NCBI GenBank assembly: GCA_030704615.1
Contig: JAKLZA010000166.1
Coordinates: forward strand, 1 to 11,000
Direction of reading: 5' to 3'
DNA length: 11,000 nucleotides
Source: Takakia lepidozioides
Taxonomy: Eukaryota > Plantae > Bryophyta
Position numbers and translations under genes: made by a program
Part shown: in pieces, positions 9,822 through 11,000 of the stretch
Layout: every line of letters begins with the position of its first letter
Position numbering within the stretch: position 1 is the stretch's first letter
The notes under the pieces: generated by a model
Database searches by the model: none
The model's input: the letters and a program-made list of their open reading frames with translations, nothing else
Told to the model about the DNA's origin: nothing

Positions 9822-10227
9822 CAGTTCAGTTGCAAACCTTTCCCGCGCGAATACCCGAAGAAGACAGAATTGTGAAGTACTGCAGACTGTATTGGTGCAG
9901 ACTCCATTGTTCAATCGCGGCAAAAGGGTCAGCTTCATTCCAATGTAAGGCATGAAAACGCGGAATACTCTATACAGGCCAGTATGCGACGTCCTTTTGC
10001 AGTGGTTATACTGTATTTCCCGTTGACACGGTCCTTATTTCCATGAGCGGATTAAAAAACCATGAGAGGGACTTGTTACTGACGACATATCTTCGCCGCA
10101 TTACATGATCTGGAACGTCCAAAAACGGCAAGGTCAAATTAAAAACTATTATTTTAATACTTGTTTAATCTGCCGCATTTCCAAATTTGGAGGAGTCCGC
10201 TCATGAAATCCGCGTATCTTAGACTTC

Positions 10228-10288
10228 GGCTCACCGCTCATGCGGCTCATGCGGCTCATGGCTCATGGCTCATGGTTTCTTCTCTCTG
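10228..10288. repeat. Probable right terminal/subterminal region: five tandem GCTCATG units followed by GTTTCTTCTCTCTG
   Basis: GCTCATG at 10236, 10245, 10254, 10261 and 10268, further copies at 10199 and 10288, and an inverted copy at 10042. Short tandem motifs near ends are typical transposase-binding arrays. The exact end is unverified. Confidence 0.5.
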
Positions 10289-10308
10289 CTCATGAAATAG
10301 TAAACCTC

Positions 10309-10740
10309 ATCCAAAGTGAATGTCGTTGACGACATTCACTTATATGTCTGTGTCATTCACCAGCGACAATTTGAATTTACATGGATTGGGAGCTAATTAA
10401 TTGGTTCCTTGTTCGTAATTTTGTGAATGGCGTTGACGCCATTCACATCCAGTGTTATTATGAGGTCCTCAGTGTTATGTTCGTTATGAATGTCCATTGA
10501 GTTTTTGGGGAGGGTTCCTTAGTCGAGTTTCTGATTTCCATCCAATGATTTTGCCTCTTTTGAGAAATCATTAGGCTTGATTAGCAGTGTATTCACAAAT
10601 CCAAAGTGAATGTCGTTGACGACATTCACTTCTATGTCCGTGTCATTCCAAAGCGAGAGTTTGCATTCACGTGGATTAGGGTGTATTTACAGTATCATTG
10701 AATGGAATGTTTTGAATGGCGTTGACGACATTCACATCCG
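10309..10740. repeat. Diverged ~290 bp tandem duplication, each unit carrying two copies of a second palindrome GTGAATG(T/G)CGT-TG-ACG(A/C)CATTCAC
   Basis: Palindromes at 10314-10341, 10422-10447, 10604-10631 and 10713-10734, with offsets of 290 and 289 bp between equivalent copies. Confidence 0.9.
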
Positions 10741-10875
10741 GAGCTGTCGTGTGGTCCTGAAAGGTCCTTGGAGCAGTTCTCAGAGCCATTTCATTCCATG
10801 TCTTTTTCATTTTGTGTTACTTGCATCTTACTCACTTCGCGTTTTGGTGGGTTGGATTTATCTCCTGTTTAACAA

Positions 10876-11000
10876 GTACACGAAATATGTGCTTATGGAA
10901 GGAAATCACCTGAGCGGTATTCCAGACTATCTTGACATGTGGTCAGACCCTGCAAATGATCCAACCATGTATACTGCAGGGATATTGAAGGACTGGAGTC
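10876..11000 (+). pseudogene. Exon relic homologous to the exon starting at 523 (- strand) of the ParB-like gene, from a distantly related element
   Basis: YTKYVLMEGNHLSGIPDYLDMWSDPANDPTMYTAGILKDWS (10877-10999) aligns with YMKYVLLQTGALAQEPPFFMAW-TVAGPSCVYTPEMQKQWH (522-403, - strand), with 13 identities in 41 columns by manual alignment. It starts at the same intron position, but the acceptor reads CAA|G instead of CAG|G. Confidence 0.7.

Larger units (their letters stand above)
1..10288. mobile_element. Large Mutator-like (MULE) DNA transposon: transposase, divergent ParB-like accessory gene and internal palindrome array; left end lies outside the window
   Basis: DDE transposase with CxxH and SWIM at 5854-9452. 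The same palindrome occurs from 593 to ~10182, tying both genes and their non-coding DNA into one unit. A GCTCATG repeat cluster and a switch to a different repeat family near 10288 suggest the right end. TIR pairing and TSD cannot be checked here. Confidence 0.75.

Noticed and set aside
9416-9907. ORFs of 163 aa (-) and 106 aa (+) after the transposase stop
   Set aside because: No recognisable motifs; the region is T-rich like a 3' UTR and contains the non-coding palindrome.

Overview
Eukaryotic DNA with GT-AG introns, most consistent with a non-angiosperm land plant, though the taxon cannot be proven from the window. Most of it (<1 to ~10288) looks like one large Mutator-like (MULE) DNA transposon with two divergent genes. 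On the + strand (~5854-9452) is a transposase with a GCM/WRKY-type Zn DNA-binding domain, a D-D-(CxxH)-E catalytic core and a C-terminal SWIM finger. On the - strand (~3292 to beyond base 1) is a multi-exon gene for a protein with a ParB/Sulfiredoxin-like domain (VWDGNHR). Between them lies a ~1.7 kb array of ~32 copies of the palindrome GAACGGAAATGCGG-NN-CCGCATTTCCGTTC at a 52-53 bp period (about 5 helical turns), with five recurring spacer classes forming a ~264 bp higher-order repeat. Single copies of the palindrome also sit in two introns of the ParB-like gene and downstream of the transposase. Right of the probable element end is a relic of a distantly related element: an exon homologous to the leftmost visible exon of the ParB-like gene, preceded by its own related palindrome (GTGAATG[T/G]CGT-TG-ACG[A/C]CATTCAC). 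Together this suggests a transposon-borne 'ParB-like protein plus family-specific palindromic sites' system. Both genes are broken by 1-bp indels, several in homopolymers, which may be assembly errors. All domain calls are by motif recognition, not database search.
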